A stretch of 64,000 bases of DNA from an uncultured Bacteroidales bacterium (GCA_963840965.1 CAWJAW010000002.1:205645-269644), one strand, 5' to 3'. Numbered from the stretch's first letter, positions 19,446 to 29,808 are shown. The notes: generated from the letters alone by a model not told the origin. A program made the numbers and translations.

Positions 19446-20441
19446 TCAGAAATACCTTGGATTAGCGGCACTTACCTTGTACCTGAATTCATACCTCAGA
19501 ACAAACTCCGTTGAGCCCTTTGAAAAAGAATTCATCCTTCCAAAGGGATAATCATAAGAAAATCCAAACATCAGCTGATGGTTAAGCTGAACCTGCAGAA
19601 TGGCCACCGCAACCTGTTCAGAAACCCTCCACGAGCCTCCTGCCCAGATTAGGTCAGCAATTATGAAATTACCGTTTATGTCAAACTGCCTGAGCTTGTC
19701 GGCATCCCCCAGAGAATAGTCAATGAGAACCGACGGCTTGAATTTCAGAATAGGAGCTATTTCTATCAGTCCGCCTGCTGTGATCAGGAATTCGTACTGC
19801 CCGAAATCGTGATAGGGTGATGCGGTTCCATTGCTGTTTCGCCTGTAATTAAGAAACGACGGAACAGCCAGCCCGGCAAAAATCCTGTCGGAAAAATAGT
19901 AAACTCCTGCGCCGGCATTGGGCAATACAAGCGATTTTTCATTCGACTGGAAGACCGGATCGCCCGGATCGTTCAAAAGCAATCCTGTATAATCGGTGTT
20001 GGAAAGATCGACCCCTGCCTTAAGCCCCATTGAAATCTTACCTCTTCTCAACTTTATATGATATGCATAACACCCGTAAAGGCTGGTTGATCTGGTTGCT
20101 CCGAACTTCATGAACTGGGCCGTCATACCCAGGGCCACCTTGTCGTTCTTCATAGGAGAATGAAATGAAAGCGATTGAAGTAAAGGCGAGCCGCTGGTAC
20201 CCATCCACTGCATCCTGTACGACATCGTACCGCTCAGAACCTCGCGGGTTCCGGTATAAGCGGGATTAATCACCATGCCGTTCTGGAGATACTGGCTGTA
20301 AACCGGGAATCCAAGGTTAATTCTTGATGAATCGGGAACCTGGGCATCGAGCCTGAAACAGGAAAGAAGCGATGCGAGCAGCACCAACGGTACCACTGAC
20401 CTGATTCCTGAACGGATTTTATTTTTAATACGACAATACAT
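19446..20441 (-). CDS. T9SS PorP/SprF-family outer membrane protein
   Basis: YSQYLQNGMVINPAYTG, YRMQW, GFSYD, GSTEFVLRY, terminal NPRYF; directly follows a type-B CTD gene. True start may be slightly downstream. Confidence 0.92.
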   Translation of the reverse strand: MYCRIKNKIRSGIRSVVPLVLLASLLSCFRLDAQVPDSSRINLGFPVYSQYLQNGMVINPAYTGTREVLSGTMSYRMQWMGTSGSPLLQSLSFHSPMKNDKVALGMTAQFMKFGATRSTSLYGCYAYHIKLRRGKISMGLKAGVDLSNTDYTGLLLNDPGDPVFQSNEKSLVLPNAGAGVYYFSDRIFAGLAVPSFLNYRRNSNGTASPYHDFGQYEFLITAGGLIEIAPILKFKPSVLIDYSLGDADKLRQFDINGNFIIADLIWAGGSWRVSEQVAVAILQVQLNHQLMFGFSYDYPFGRMNSFSKGSTEFVLRYEFRYKVSAANPRYF

Positions 20442-20445
20442 CCAA

Positions 20446-23400
20446 TCAATATCTTTTCAATACAACAAAGCCGCTTTTTTTGAAAACCTGACCGTTCCCC
20501 TGCGAAGTCAGCTTCAGAAGGTAATAATAGGTTCCCTCCGGAACTTCTGTACCCTTCAGAGTCCTTCCGTCCCAGTCGATCCATTCGTCCCCGCCGGAAT
20601 TTGAGGTCCGGAAGACTTCCGTTCCGGCACCGTTTATTATAGTTAGTTCAGCCTCCTGGTTTTCCAGGTCAAGACCATTGATCCTGAAAATATTGTTATA
20701 ACCTCCGGGATCATCGTTGGGTGAGAATCCCTCGGGTATCATAAGGTTAAGAACCGACACCTGTATTTCATCCTCAATAGTGCAGGCACCCCTTGTGACA
20801 GTCCAGAGGAAGGTGTTCAATCCCTCTGACAGACCAGTAACCCTTGTGGCCGCGTCAATATCATTGTCAAAGCTTCCCGAACCATTCAAAAGTGTCCATC
20901 TGCCTGTTCCGCCGTCGGCCGGCGGATCAGCCTGAAGCCTGATTATGTGATCGAAACTGTGAAGGATGGTATCCCTGCCTGCTGATATTGCATAGCCTTC
21001 AGGCAGCGAGTCCTTGACAAGTTCGAGAACATTTGAGATGCTTGAACAGCAGTCAAAGGCTCCTGAAGTTACAAACCTTCTGTATCTCATAGAGTTCGTC
21101 ATGGCCGGCGGCTGATATGAGCCGTCTGATGAGTTGTTTGTCCCCTGCGCGTAAACCCACGAGGAACCATCGGCGCTTTGCTGCCATAAATAAGTATAGG
21201 AACCAGATCCTCCTGCAATCGACTGTCCCGGGGCCTGGGTAAGCAAAGCCGGAAAATCAGACTTGCAAACCACCTGATCTCCTGCAATAGTGTTGTTTGT
21301 AATTACCGGCAATACTGTTATCCTCACCGGTTCACTTTCCGATATACATTCACCCGATACAGCCCTTCTCCTGAACCAAGTTGTTGATGTAAGCGCCCCG
21401 GGCTGGTATTCAACGCCCGTAGCGGAAGGAAGTTCCGTCCATGTGGTGTTATCTGGCGATGATGACCAGAGGTATATAAAATCGCCCGGCACTCCGGTCC
21501 CGCCTGTGGCACTCAGTCCGGTTATCCTGTGCGGAATGCTGCCGCTGCATACTGTTGTATCGGAAAGTCCGCCTGAAAGAAGTGAGATTGTATTATCGCT
21601 TACAGTTTCTTGCACATTTATCCATACTGCACTGCTTATGCTCAAACAGGCAGATGACCGTACTATTCTTCTGTACCTCACAGTATCGGTCAGAACCGGC
21701 GTGGTGAAATTCCGGTAGTCCCCCATGGTAAAACCTGTAATATCGGTCCATGAGTGATTTTCCGTACTGTCCTGCCAGGTGAAGGTATATGAACCCGGAC
21801 CCGCACCATTCAGAGGGACCGAACCGGTAATGACGACCGGGGCCGATCCTGAACAAACTGTCTGGTCGGCCGTTACAAGGGTATTGGAGGTGATCTCCGG
21901 ATATGAAGTGAGAATAACGGGCTCGCTGGCATTCCGGCACACATCATTGCTGCCCGAATAGACAACTCTCCTGAAATATTGCTGTCCGGGAAAATACGCT
22001 GCCGCTTCGGCAGGATCGTAGCCGGCCGTGTTGGTAACTCCCACAGCCGCTGTCCATACCGAATTATCGCTGCTGCTTTCCCATACATACCTGTAGGTGT
22101 TATCTCCTCCCAACAGGGTTGGAGCAACTGTCCCCTCAAGATTTATGAAGGTCATTCCTTCGCAGATCTCCTGGGCCGGCGTAATTATTAAATTGTTTTC
22201 AACCGGATTCAGAACATTGATACTGACTGAGGGGCTTACATCCATGCAGGCTCCCGATGAAACGATACGCCTGTACCAAGTCGTCAGGGTGAGCGGCTGG
22301 GATGGCTGATAACTTTCAGTTACAGCCGGAAGGGCTGTAAAGGTTACATTGTCAGTGCTTGTCTCCCAACTGTATTCATAGGTGCCATTACCGTCGGAAA
22401 TCACCCCGGCCGGATTTAAGGCTGATGCATTCTGACCGTAGCACAGGGTGCCGGGATCAGCTATAATATTATTCTTAATGTTCTGATGGACAATAAGATT
22501 CACCGGCAGGCTGACATCAGTGATGGCAGCGCCAAAATCAGTAACCACCCTTCTGAACCATGTGGTCTGCAACAATTCGGCAGGGGGTGTATAATGTTGT
22601 TGGTCGTTGGTTCCGGGGGCATCTGTGAAGCCGGCAATTGCTGAAACCGTACTGCTCTGCCACCTGTAACTGTATGGCGGGGTCCCTCCTACTGGCTGTG
22701 TCCCGGTTAGCTGACCATAACGCACATTCGAACAGACCGAGTCGATCCTGTTTCCGGTTTCAGCCGAGCGGATCGAGTTAAACAGAAATCCGTTCAGATT
22801 GGGAAAATATGAATATTTCAGTTCCCCGAGACCTTCGGAAGGTATTGTTGGAGCCGGAGTTCCGTTTGACACCGTAGCAGCTGTTACGGATGCCGGAGTC
22901 GAAGTGGCACTGAACCATATAAGTCCACCGCCGCCGCCGCCGCCCTCGCCCGAACCTCCCGGACTGACTCCGCCGTTTCCTCCGGTTGCCGAAATCGCCA
23001 GTTGACTATTGAACCCCTGGAAAGAAAGGACTATTGATCCGCCTGCACCACCACCTCCTGCTCCTGCGTCTGAAACCGAGTTCAACGCCGTCACTCCGTC
23101 GGCTCTTATAATATTATTATTACCGTCAATTGAATCTGCAATGATAAACACAATCCCTCCGCCGCTGCCACCTGCTGAAGCTGTGGAACCGCTTGCCTGG
23201 GTCGATGCACCTGCACCTCCCCCGAGGAACACGCCATCCTGAATGATAGAACCGAAAATATTCATGCCGCCATATCCTCCGTCGCGGGGGTCGATACTGC
23301 ATTGCAATGCATTCTCAATACCCCCGTCGGCTCCCTTACCACGGTTTGAACCGCCGCCACCCCCAGAAAATCTTCCGTTACCACCGCCGCCGCCGGTAAA

Positions 23401-24129
23401 GTTCCTGCCTTGCCCCTTTGCATGACCGGGATAAAGCAGAATCCCGTTATAATCATGTATTGCCACTCCTTCGCCCTTCAATCCGGCATTGTTCCACGAA
23501 AGATTATAGGAATCGAGGCTGTTGGCCGACACATTAGTGCTTACGCACTCCCCTGTTCCCGAAACACCGGGAGCTCCTGCAAAACCCTGACCGGTAACAT
23601 CAATACCGGAATTGAGCGTAAGCCTCCTGCCAGCCATGATCGCCACAACCCCTCCGGTACCCGTCACATTGTTCCAGGGCTGTGCTGACAGTGTTGAGGT
23701 GACAACCGGTTCATTATAGAAAGGTACCCTGATCAGCTGAACATTCCCTATTGTATTGTATGAGTTAATATAAACATTCCTCGTAAAACGGATCTCGCCC
23801 GTCCCTGTATTTACCGACAATATCTGAAGAAATTCATAGGCGCCGGGCGTACCAATAAGCGACTGTACATTAACCCCGTATGACCCCTGGGCGGTCTGAA
23901 TGCCAACTCCCTGCATCTGAATCAACAGGACATAATCGCCTGAAGCAAACTGGGAGGCCTGTGCCGGACTTACCATCACCAGACCAGGACTGATCGAATT
24001 TACTTTGGCATAATGATTTATGATTCCGCCTATCTCCTCCTGACCATTAATCTGAATACTGCCGCCGGCAATAAACAATACCAGCATAATCAGCAGTTTA
24101 TTAATATGGTGCATAAGTTTATTTATCAT
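20446..24129 (-). CDS. T9SS type-B CTD (gliding motility-associated C-terminal domain) surface protein with glycine-rich and Ig-like repeat domains
   Basis: Signal peptide; polyglycine-rich region; six ~95-100-aa repeats (C...Y.W..S.D...W...Y.P...T.[WY][FY]RR.V.S); C-terminal IPEGFSPNDD...WDG...PEGTYYY...SGFVVLKRY. Confidence 0.9.
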   Translation of the reverse strand: MINKLMHHINKLLIMLVLFIAGGSIQINGQEEIGGIINHYAKVNSISPGLVMVSPAQASQFASGDYVLLIQMQGVGIQTAQGSYGVNVQSLIGTPGAYEFLQILSVNTGTGEIRFTRNVYINSYNTIGNVQLIRVPFYNEPVVTSTLSAQPWNNVTGTGGVVAIMAGRRLTLNSGIDVTGQGFAGAPGVSGTGECVSTNVSANSLDSYNLSWNNAGLKGEGVAIHDYNGILLYPGHAKGQGRNFTGGGGGNGRFSGGGGGSNRGKGADGGIENALQCSIDPRDGGYGGMNIFGSIIQDGVFLGGGAGASTQASGSTASAGGSGGGIVFIIADSIDGNNNIIRADGVTALNSVSDAGAGGGGAGGSIVLSFQGFNSQLAISATGGNGGVSPGGSGEGGGGGGGLIWFSATSTPASVTAATVSNGTPAPTIPSEGLGELKYSYFPNLNGFLFNSIRSAETGNRIDSVCSNVRYGQLTGTQPVGGTPPYSYRWQSSTVSAIAGFTDAPGTNDQQHYTPPAELLQTTWFRRVVTDFGAAITDVSLPVNLIVHQNIKNNIIADPGTLCYGQNASALNPAGVISDGNGTYEYSWETSTDNVTFTALPAVTESYQPSQPLTLTTWYRRIVSSGACMDVSPSVSINVLNPVENNLIITPAQEICEGMTFINLEGTVAPTLLGGDNTYRYVWESSSDNSVWTAAVGVTNTAGYDPAEAAAYFPGQQYFRRVVYSGSNDVCRNASEPVILTSYPEITSNTLVTADQTVCSGSAPVVITGSVPLNGAGPGSYTFTWQDSTENHSWTDITGFTMGDYRNFTTPVLTDTVRYRRIVRSSACLSISSAVWINVQETVSDNTISLLSGGLSDTTVCSGSIPHRITGLSATGGTGVPGDFIYLWSSSPDNTTWTELPSATGVEYQPGALTSTTWFRRRAVSGECISESEPVRITVLPVITNNTIAGDQVVCKSDFPALLTQAPGQSIAGGSGSYTYLWQQSADGSSWVYAQGTNNSSDGSYQPPAMTNSMRYRRFVTSGAFDCCSSISNVLELVKDSLPEGYAISAGRDTILHSFDHIIRLQADPPADGGTGRWTLLNGSGSFDNDIDAATRVTGLSEGLNTFLWTVTRGACTIEDEIQVSVLNLMIPEGFSPNDDPGGYNNIFRINGLDLENQEAELTIINGAGTEVFRTSNSGGDEWIDWDGRTLKGTEVPEGTYYYLLKLTSQGNGQVFKKSGFVVLKRY

Positions 24130-24194
24130 CAGGAAATGACATTACGACATATTAAACGTTAAAATTGTTAAATAATTGAGAGGTGCTCCTAAAA

Positions 24195-27100
24195 TTATGT
24201 CGGAATACCGGGAAATGCAATGAAAAAACTGGTTCCACCCTCAGCTTCAGATTCGAACCAGATAGTGCCGCCGGCATTCTCGACGTTTCTTTTAACTATA
24301 GAAAGGCCAAGGCCGGTGCCCGATGATTTCGTTGTGAAATTCGGAGTGAACATTCTGGGTTTTAACGATTCAGGTATTCCGCTGCCATTGTCGGAGACAG
24401 TTACCAGAACCATATCGTCCTTCCTTTCAAGGTTGACTTTTATTAAACCATCCTGTCCGGGAGGAATCGACTGAATCGCATTTTTTATAAGATTGGAGAA
24501 AATACTGTTTACCTGTTCCTTGTCGGCATTTATTAAGAATCTATCAGCATGGGGCAATCCGATCCTGAATGTTATCCTGTCGCTGTTTTTGAAAAGTTCA
24601 AGTGTTACCCGTATCTGCTCCAGAAGATCAAGCTCTACAGGGTTTGCCGACGGGATTCTGGCAAATGAGGAAAATGCCGATGCAATCGACGAAAGATTAT
24701 CGATATACTCAATCTGGTTTTTAGTAAACTTCTCGAGCTTCTTTTCAAAGCCGGGCACACCATCGGTCCATGACTTGAACAACTGCTGAATATTCAGTTT
24801 CATCGGGGTCAAGGGATTCTTTATCTCATGGGCAATCTGTTTCGCCATCTCCCTCCATGCATACTCCCTCTCCGAATTTGCCAACTTCTGGGCGCTTTGT
24901 TCCAGCTCATCAACCATCCGGTTATACTGCCTAACCAGGTCACCTACCTCATCATTGCCGTTGTACGAAAGATGCTCGCTTTTCTTTCCGAGTTCAACCG
25001 ACGCCAGCCTGCTACTGAGCATCGCCAGCGGCGCGGTAAGCCTGCCGCTTATTATCACAGCAAGTCCTGTGGCAAGAACAATCAGGAGAAGAGTAAAATT
25101 GATAACGCCAACTATCATGTTCGATATCTCCCTGGCCAGAATACTCTGCATCCTGAAATACGGCAAATTGACATATGTAAGAAGCTCATTGTCTATATTA
25201 TAAAATGGTGCATATCCCGAAACATACTCAAGACTGCCTATGTTTTCCTGCTGAAAGTACTCTGTTTTCTTAAGAATAAACATATTTATAAAAGCAATGT
25301 TATCCATCCGCCTGCTCACCAGATCGCGGTAATAAATTTCGGGACGTGACGAAGAGATCAGAAATCCATAGGAATCGTAAAGATTTATATCGGTGTTGAA
25401 TATGTTTGAGAGTCTTACCAGGACTTCCTCAAGGGTGTTGTTACTGTCATTCTTCCAATCGCGCGACAGCTCCTTTTCGGCTGATATCATGTTATCGAGC
25501 TCCATAATTATTGAACTCAGCTTTTCCTTAATATTCTCATAGTGCTTCTCCCTGTATTGCTCGATAGTGAGGGAAGCTATCACAAAACCAATAAGAGTAA
25601 AGGATATAAGCAGGATAACGATGAAAGACATCTGCATTTTCTGCCTGAAGTTGAATCCGGCCGGTCTCCTTAGAGAAGGCCTCACGACAAGAAAACCTGC
25701 TAAGTTTGAAAACAGAAATATGAAAACGAAGATATAGGCAAAGGAGATCAGAATGTCCTGGAAGGAGACTACCGGCCTGCCAATAACCACGGTTACGTTA
25801 CCGTTTCTGTAAAGGGAGAGATTGTAGGAGTCGGCCTTGAAGAAACCATAATCCATCACGTCGTCAACATACATCAGATCGGTTGTATTGAACGGAAATT
25901 CCCCTGTTCGGAGTACCAGATCACCATTTATATATTTTGCGAAAGAGTAATCCTTAAGTTTTGAATAGCCGTGGTACTTTTTGTCGAGCAGCAACTCCGA
26001 ATATCCCGGCTGAAATACCTTGATATCGCTGAAAAGGTCGATGAAAAGACCATTATTCCTGTTATTACCGAAATCATATATTAACCTGCCCATGTAGCTG
26101 GCTCTGCCCTGTTTACTGTCGATATAGTAAAAATCCGTTCCGGTGATCTGATGACCGTTCTCATCTATCTTCTCCCCGAAAAAACTGTAGCAGTCTTCAT
26201 AAAACTGATTCTGAATGCCAACACTCAGGGAATCATTCCTTTTGCACAGAACAATGTTAAGGTTGTAATTACCCCAGTACCCGTTGAAATACCTGTCGTG
26301 AAGGTACAACAGTATGGCGTTGAAATCTTCAGTGCCGAAATAATGGCGGTCCATCATTCCCTTAAGTGTAGTATCAGCTGAGATCACCGGCCACATGTCA
26401 AGAAGCAGATGCTCGGCTGTCGGATCATTCTCGGTCGAATATGTCAGAAGCTGAATCTTAATTTTTTCTTCATTCTTCTTCTCTGAAAAATAAGCAATTA
26501 TAAACAGACCGTAGAAGGAAAGGACCAGTGAGACAATCACCGACCTGTTTAGGCGGCTGGCGCCACGTGTGCTTAAAAACCACAATACAATAACTACTGA
26601 AAAATACAAAAGTGATATGGCAAGAACAGGAAGCAGTTCCCTTCCGAATAGTATGGGGAAGGGTATCAGCGATGCCAGGGCAGCCAGGCAAACCCCGGTT
26701 GCTGATGGACAGTTCCTGCAACGGAATAAAAGTAGTATGTAAAGAAAGGGAACGGTAAACAGCAGAATGATCACCATAAAGCCGGCCAGACTGAACAGAT
26801 CGAGATTGAGAACCCTGTATGTCTCGAAATTTATGTTGGAGTTGAAAACAAGGTGGCTGATAACCTTGTGATACAGACTGAACAACAATGAGCCCGGAAG
26901 GAGCAGCAAGGCCAGAATATACCATCTGGAAATGTCAGTTTTGTTTATCCTGTCGTGGTCGCTGAGCACAGAAAAAACTATGTAGGACAAAAACGAAAGC
27001 AGAATGCTTAGCAGAAGCAGATGTCCAAGCGATGGAATAAATCCGTTCATAGTGTACCTGAATGGAGAGAAGAGGTCAGTTTGTGACAGCACTGCGGGTT

Positions 27101-27878
27101 TCTTTGCCAGCAGGATAAGCAGGTACATGAGGATAAGCAAACCCAAAGAAATGAGAACAGCCATTCCAGCCTTCTTCCGTCCGGCATAGCGCCTTGCAAG
27201 GCAAAGCACCAGGTTCAGCATCGCAAGAAATGCCAGCCCCCAGAGTATGAGCGGAATATGGATCAGTCCAGTCTTTCCCTTTTCCTGAGGGTATATTAAC
27301 GAGAACAGGAATGTGCCTCCGGATGAGTAAACATTATAGCCTGAAACATCATAGTCTCTGCTGAATCCGGTGGTGACCGGGATGCGGAAATCCTCTTCAA
27401 ACCCGTTGCTTATTATATCATTCTCAAGGCTGTAATCGCTTCTGATCCGGAGAAGACCAAGAATATTTTCCGGACCGGCTTCCACCTTGCGCGTAAGGAA
27501 CCATCCGTTCTGGAGAAAGACGAAAGGTTTCGTAAATAAAGAATCGTGAAGTACCCTTGGAGCATCAAATTCGGTATCGGACCAGCTAACAAGCCTGTTG
27601 CCCATGTATTCCAGGATCGTTATACCATTCTCGTGGGCCCGGGCAAACAGACTGTTCTCAACCTCCGTTCCATGAGGCACGCCGCTGGCCAGAATGGGCT
27701 TCATCCCCTCAAGGCACTGCTCCATGACCTTTTCCTTTTCCTTCAGTATCCTGTTGAACCTGCGGGTTTTGAACCTGTACTCGAAATCACCCATATAGAC
27801 CAGCTCGGCAGCCATGGCAAGCAGGATCAGAAACACTGCCAGAATAAACGGGGTGATCTTTAGCTTTCCTTCTTCCAT
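24195..27878 (-). CDS. Large multi-TM HAMP sensor histidine kinase (NtrY-like)
   Basis: H-box AHEIKNPLTP, N-box NLIKNA, G1 DNGSGI, FTTK, G2 GTGLGL; many N-terminal TM helices. Confidence 0.9.
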   Translation of the reverse strand: MEEGKLKITPFILAVFLILLAMAAELVYMGDFEYRFKTRRFNRILKEKEKVMEQCLEGMKPILASGVPHGTEVENSLFARAHENGITILEYMGNRLVSWSDTEFDAPRVLHDSLFTKPFVFLQNGWFLTRKVEAGPENILGLLRIRSDYSLENDIISNGFEEDFRIPVTTGFSRDYDVSGYNVYSSGGTFLFSLIYPQEKGKTGLIHIPLILWGLAFLAMLNLVLCLARRYAGRKKAGMAVLISLGLLILMYLLILLAKKPAVLSQTDLFSPFRYTMNGFIPSLGHLLLLSILLSFLSYIVFSVLSDHDRINKTDISRWYILALLLLPGSLLFSLYHKVISHLVFNSNINFETYRVLNLDLFSLAGFMVIILLFTVPFLYILLLFRCRNCPSATGVCLAALASLIPFPILFGRELLPVLAISLLYFSVVIVLWFLSTRGASRLNRSVIVSLVLSFYGLFIIAYFSEKKNEEKIKIQLLTYSTENDPTAEHLLLDMWPVISADTTLKGMMDRHYFGTEDFNAILLYLHDRYFNGYWGNYNLNIVLCKRNDSLSVGIQNQFYEDCYSFFGEKIDENGHQITGTDFYYIDSKQGRASYMGRLIYDFGNNRNNGLFIDLFSDIKVFQPGYSELLLDKKYHGYSKLKDYSFAKYINGDLVLRTGEFPFNTTDLMYVDDVMDYGFFKADSYNLSLYRNGNVTVVIGRPVVSFQDILISFAYIFVFIFLFSNLAGFLVVRPSLRRPAGFNFRQKMQMSFIVILLISFTLIGFVIASLTIEQYREKHYENIKEKLSSIIMELDNMISAEKELSRDWKNDSNNTLEEVLVRLSNIFNTDINLYDSYGFLISSSRPEIYYRDLVSRRMDNIAFINMFILKKTEYFQQENIGSLEYVSGYAPFYNIDNELLTYVNLPYFRMQSILAREISNMIVGVINFTLLLIVLATGLAVIISGRLTAPLAMLSSRLASVELGKKSEHLSYNGNDEVGDLVRQYNRMVDELEQSAQKLANSEREYAWREMAKQIAHEIKNPLTPMKLNIQQLFKSWTDGVPGFEKKLEKFTKNQIEYIDNLSSIASAFSSFARIPSANPVELDLLEQIRVTLELFKNSDRITFRIGLPHADRFLINADKEQVNSIFSNLIKNAIQSIPPGQDGLIKVNLERKDDMVLVTVSDNGSGIPESLKPRMFTPNFTTKSSGTGLGLSIVKRNVENAGGTIWFESEAEGGTSFFIAFPGIPT

Positions 27879-27895
27879 GGTTATACAATAATGAT

Positions 27896-28369
27896 CTATT
27901 CGTGATGATATGGTTCTCCCCTGATAACGGTGAACGCCCTGTAAAGCTGTTCAAGGAACAATAATCGTACCATCTGATGTGAAAAAGTCATCCTCGAAAG
28001 TGACAAAGTCAGATCAGCTTTCCTGCGGATCTCATCCGTGAAACCCCAGGGTCCGCCTATAACGAACAGAATCCGTTTCTTTTGAATCATAAGGCTCCTC
28101 TCAAGCCATGAGGAAAATTCCATTGTTGAAAACTCCCTGCCCTTATCATCAAGAATCACAATGAAGTCATCCTCCCTGAAGATCCTTAGCATCTGGGCCC
28201 CTTCCTTTGCCTTCTGTTCCTCCCCGGGCATGTTGCGGGTCTTCCTTATATCAGGCAGGGTGATCGTCTCAAAAGATAAGTATCGCCTGATGCGTTCCTC
28301 ATAATTGGTCAATCCTTCCGCCAGATATCTTTCAGTGGTTTTCCCGGTCTGTAATAAGACAATCTTCAT
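27896..28369 (-). CDS. rlmH: 23S rRNA pseudouridine1915-N3 methyltransferase
   Basis: MKIVLLQTGK, FVIGGPWG, SLSRMTFSHQMVRLLFLEQLYRA, PYHHE. Start moved to ATG 28369 because a -7 box at 28418-28425 overlaps the ORF-track start. Confidence 0.96.
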   Translation of the reverse strand: MKIVLLQTGKTTERYLAEGLTNYEERIRRYLSFETITLPDIRKTRNMPGEEQKAKEGAQMLRIFREDDFIVILDDKGREFSTMEFSSWLERSLMIQKKRILFVIGGPWGFTDEIRRKADLTLSLSRMTFSHQMVRLLFLEQLYRAFTVIRGEPYHHE

Positions 28370-28417
28370 AATTATTGGCCCGACTTTTGCATGCAATCGT
28401 TTGTCCGGCACCGCATA

Positions 28418-28506
28418 CAAAAATAATAATTAATAACTTGCTCCGGCAAGCATTATGCGGCAAAGGCCGGAAAGGGTTTACTTTGTTATAAATTAGTGTA
28501 AATTTG
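28418..28506. promoter_or_regulatory. Divergent -7 promoter elements for rlmH and DUF4783-nadC
   Basis: TATTTTTG on minus (28418-28425); TAAATTTG on plus (28499-28506). Confidence 0.6.
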
Positions 28507-28548
28507 CATTCTGTAACCTGAACGCAGAATAATAATAAATTGGAATAA

Positions 28549-28956
28549 ATGAAATTCATAATTTCAACGGCGATCATCCTGTTCACATTCAGCACACCGG
28601 GAGCCATTTCCCAGGATGATCAGGCAAAGATCCCTGCAGGAATCTCCCTTTCTATTAAAACGGGGAATGCTGCGGAACTGGCAAAATATATGAATTCCAC
28701 TGTTGAACTGCTGCTCCTTGAAAAGGAGGATTTCTATAAAAAAGTTGTAGCTGAAACAATTCTTAAAGATTTTTTCAGCCAGCACCCGACAAAGGATTTC
28801 GTAATTCGTCATCAGGGAGCCAGTAATGATGCACAATACGCCATAGGCAACCTGGTAACAGAGAAAGGCAACTTCAGAGTCTACTTCCTTCTCAAAAAGG
28901 TAGGAAATGATTTATTAATTCATCAGATACGTATTGAAGCAGACAACGCACAATAA
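28549..28956 (+). CDS. DUF4783-like secreted protein
   Basis: Signal peptide; GNAAELAKYM...ILKDFFSQHP...YAIGNL...FRVYFLL pattern; this family usually sits beside nadC/rlmH in Bacteroidota. Confidence 0.8.
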   Translation: MKFIISTAIILFTFSTPGAISQDDQAKIPAGISLSIKTGNAAELAKYMNSTVELLLLEKEDFYKKVVAETILKDFFSQHPTKDFVIRHQGASNDAQYAIGNLVTEKGNFRVYFLLKKVGNDLLIHQIRIEADNAQ

Positions 28957-29788
28957 GATTCTGCAAGATTTCATTTCAGGATGTTTACTTGAAGATATTG
29001 GTGACGGCGATCATTCAACACTTGCCTGCATCCCGGCTGATGCCACCGGAAAGGCACGTCTGCTTATAAAGGAGAATGGCATACTTTCGGGATGTTCTGT
29101 GGCCGGAGAAGTATTCAGGATAATCGACTCCGGGATGAAATTCGAACAATTCATAACCGACGGCAGCAGAATATCGCCGGGTGAAATCGCATTCCATGTC
29201 ACCGGAAAAATACATTCAATACTTAAATCGGAAAGACTTGTCCTCAATATAATGCAGAGAATGAGCGGCATTGCCACCAGCACCGGCATGTATGTTGAAA
29301 GACTGGCCGGCCTGAAGACAAAGGTGCTTGATACCCGCAAGACCACCCCCGGCATGAGGTTCCTTGAAAAGGAGGCCGTGAGAACTGGCGGCGGAATGAA
29401 TCACCGAATGGGTCTTTACGATATGATAATGCTGAAGGATAACCATATTGACTATGCGGGCGGAATTGAGAACGCCATCCGCATGACTAATGATTACCTT
29501 GCTAGAACAAAAAAGAATCTGCTCATAGAAATTGAGGCCAGAAACCCTGGTGATGTAAGAAAAATACTGGAAATTGGAGGAGTCGACCGGATAATGCTCG
29601 ACAATTTCAACCTGGCCGACACCAGGAAAACTGTACAGCTCATAAACGGCAGGTTTGAAACCGAATCCTCGGGCGGCATTACCCTGGAAACAATCAGGGA
29701 TTATGCTGAATGCGGAGTCGATTTCATATCTGCAGGAGCTCTGACACATCATATCAGAAGCCTTGATATGAGCCTTAAAGCATTTTAG
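28934..29788 (+). CDS. nadC: Nicotinate-nucleotide diphosphorylase (carboxylating)
   Basis: ED...GD, ER..LN..QRMSGIAT, DTRKTTPG, HRMGLYD, KDNH, IMLDNF, ESSGG. TTG start overlaps the upstream gene. Confidence 0.96.
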   Translation: MKQTTHNKILQDFISGCLLEDIGDGDHSTLACIPADATGKARLLIKENGILSGCSVAGEVFRIIDSGMKFEQFITDGSRISPGEIAFHVTGKIHSILKSERLVLNIMQRMSGIATSTGMYVERLAGLKTKVLDTRKTTPGMRFLEKEAVRTGGGMNHRMGLYDMIMLKDNHIDYAGGIENAIRMTNDYLARTKKNLLIEIEARNPGDVRKILEIGGVDRIMLDNFNLADTRKTVQLINGRFETESSGGITLETIRDYAECGVDFISAGALTHHIRSLDMSLKAF

Positions 29789-29808
29789 TACTATATACCT
29801 GTCAGGAA

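Noticed and set aside
8632-24160. Shared ATTAAACGTT upstream of the efflux operon (8632) and the T9SS operon (24151)
   Set aside because: A 10-bp AT-rich match among AT-rich intergenic regions is plausible by chance, and its position relative to the genes differs.
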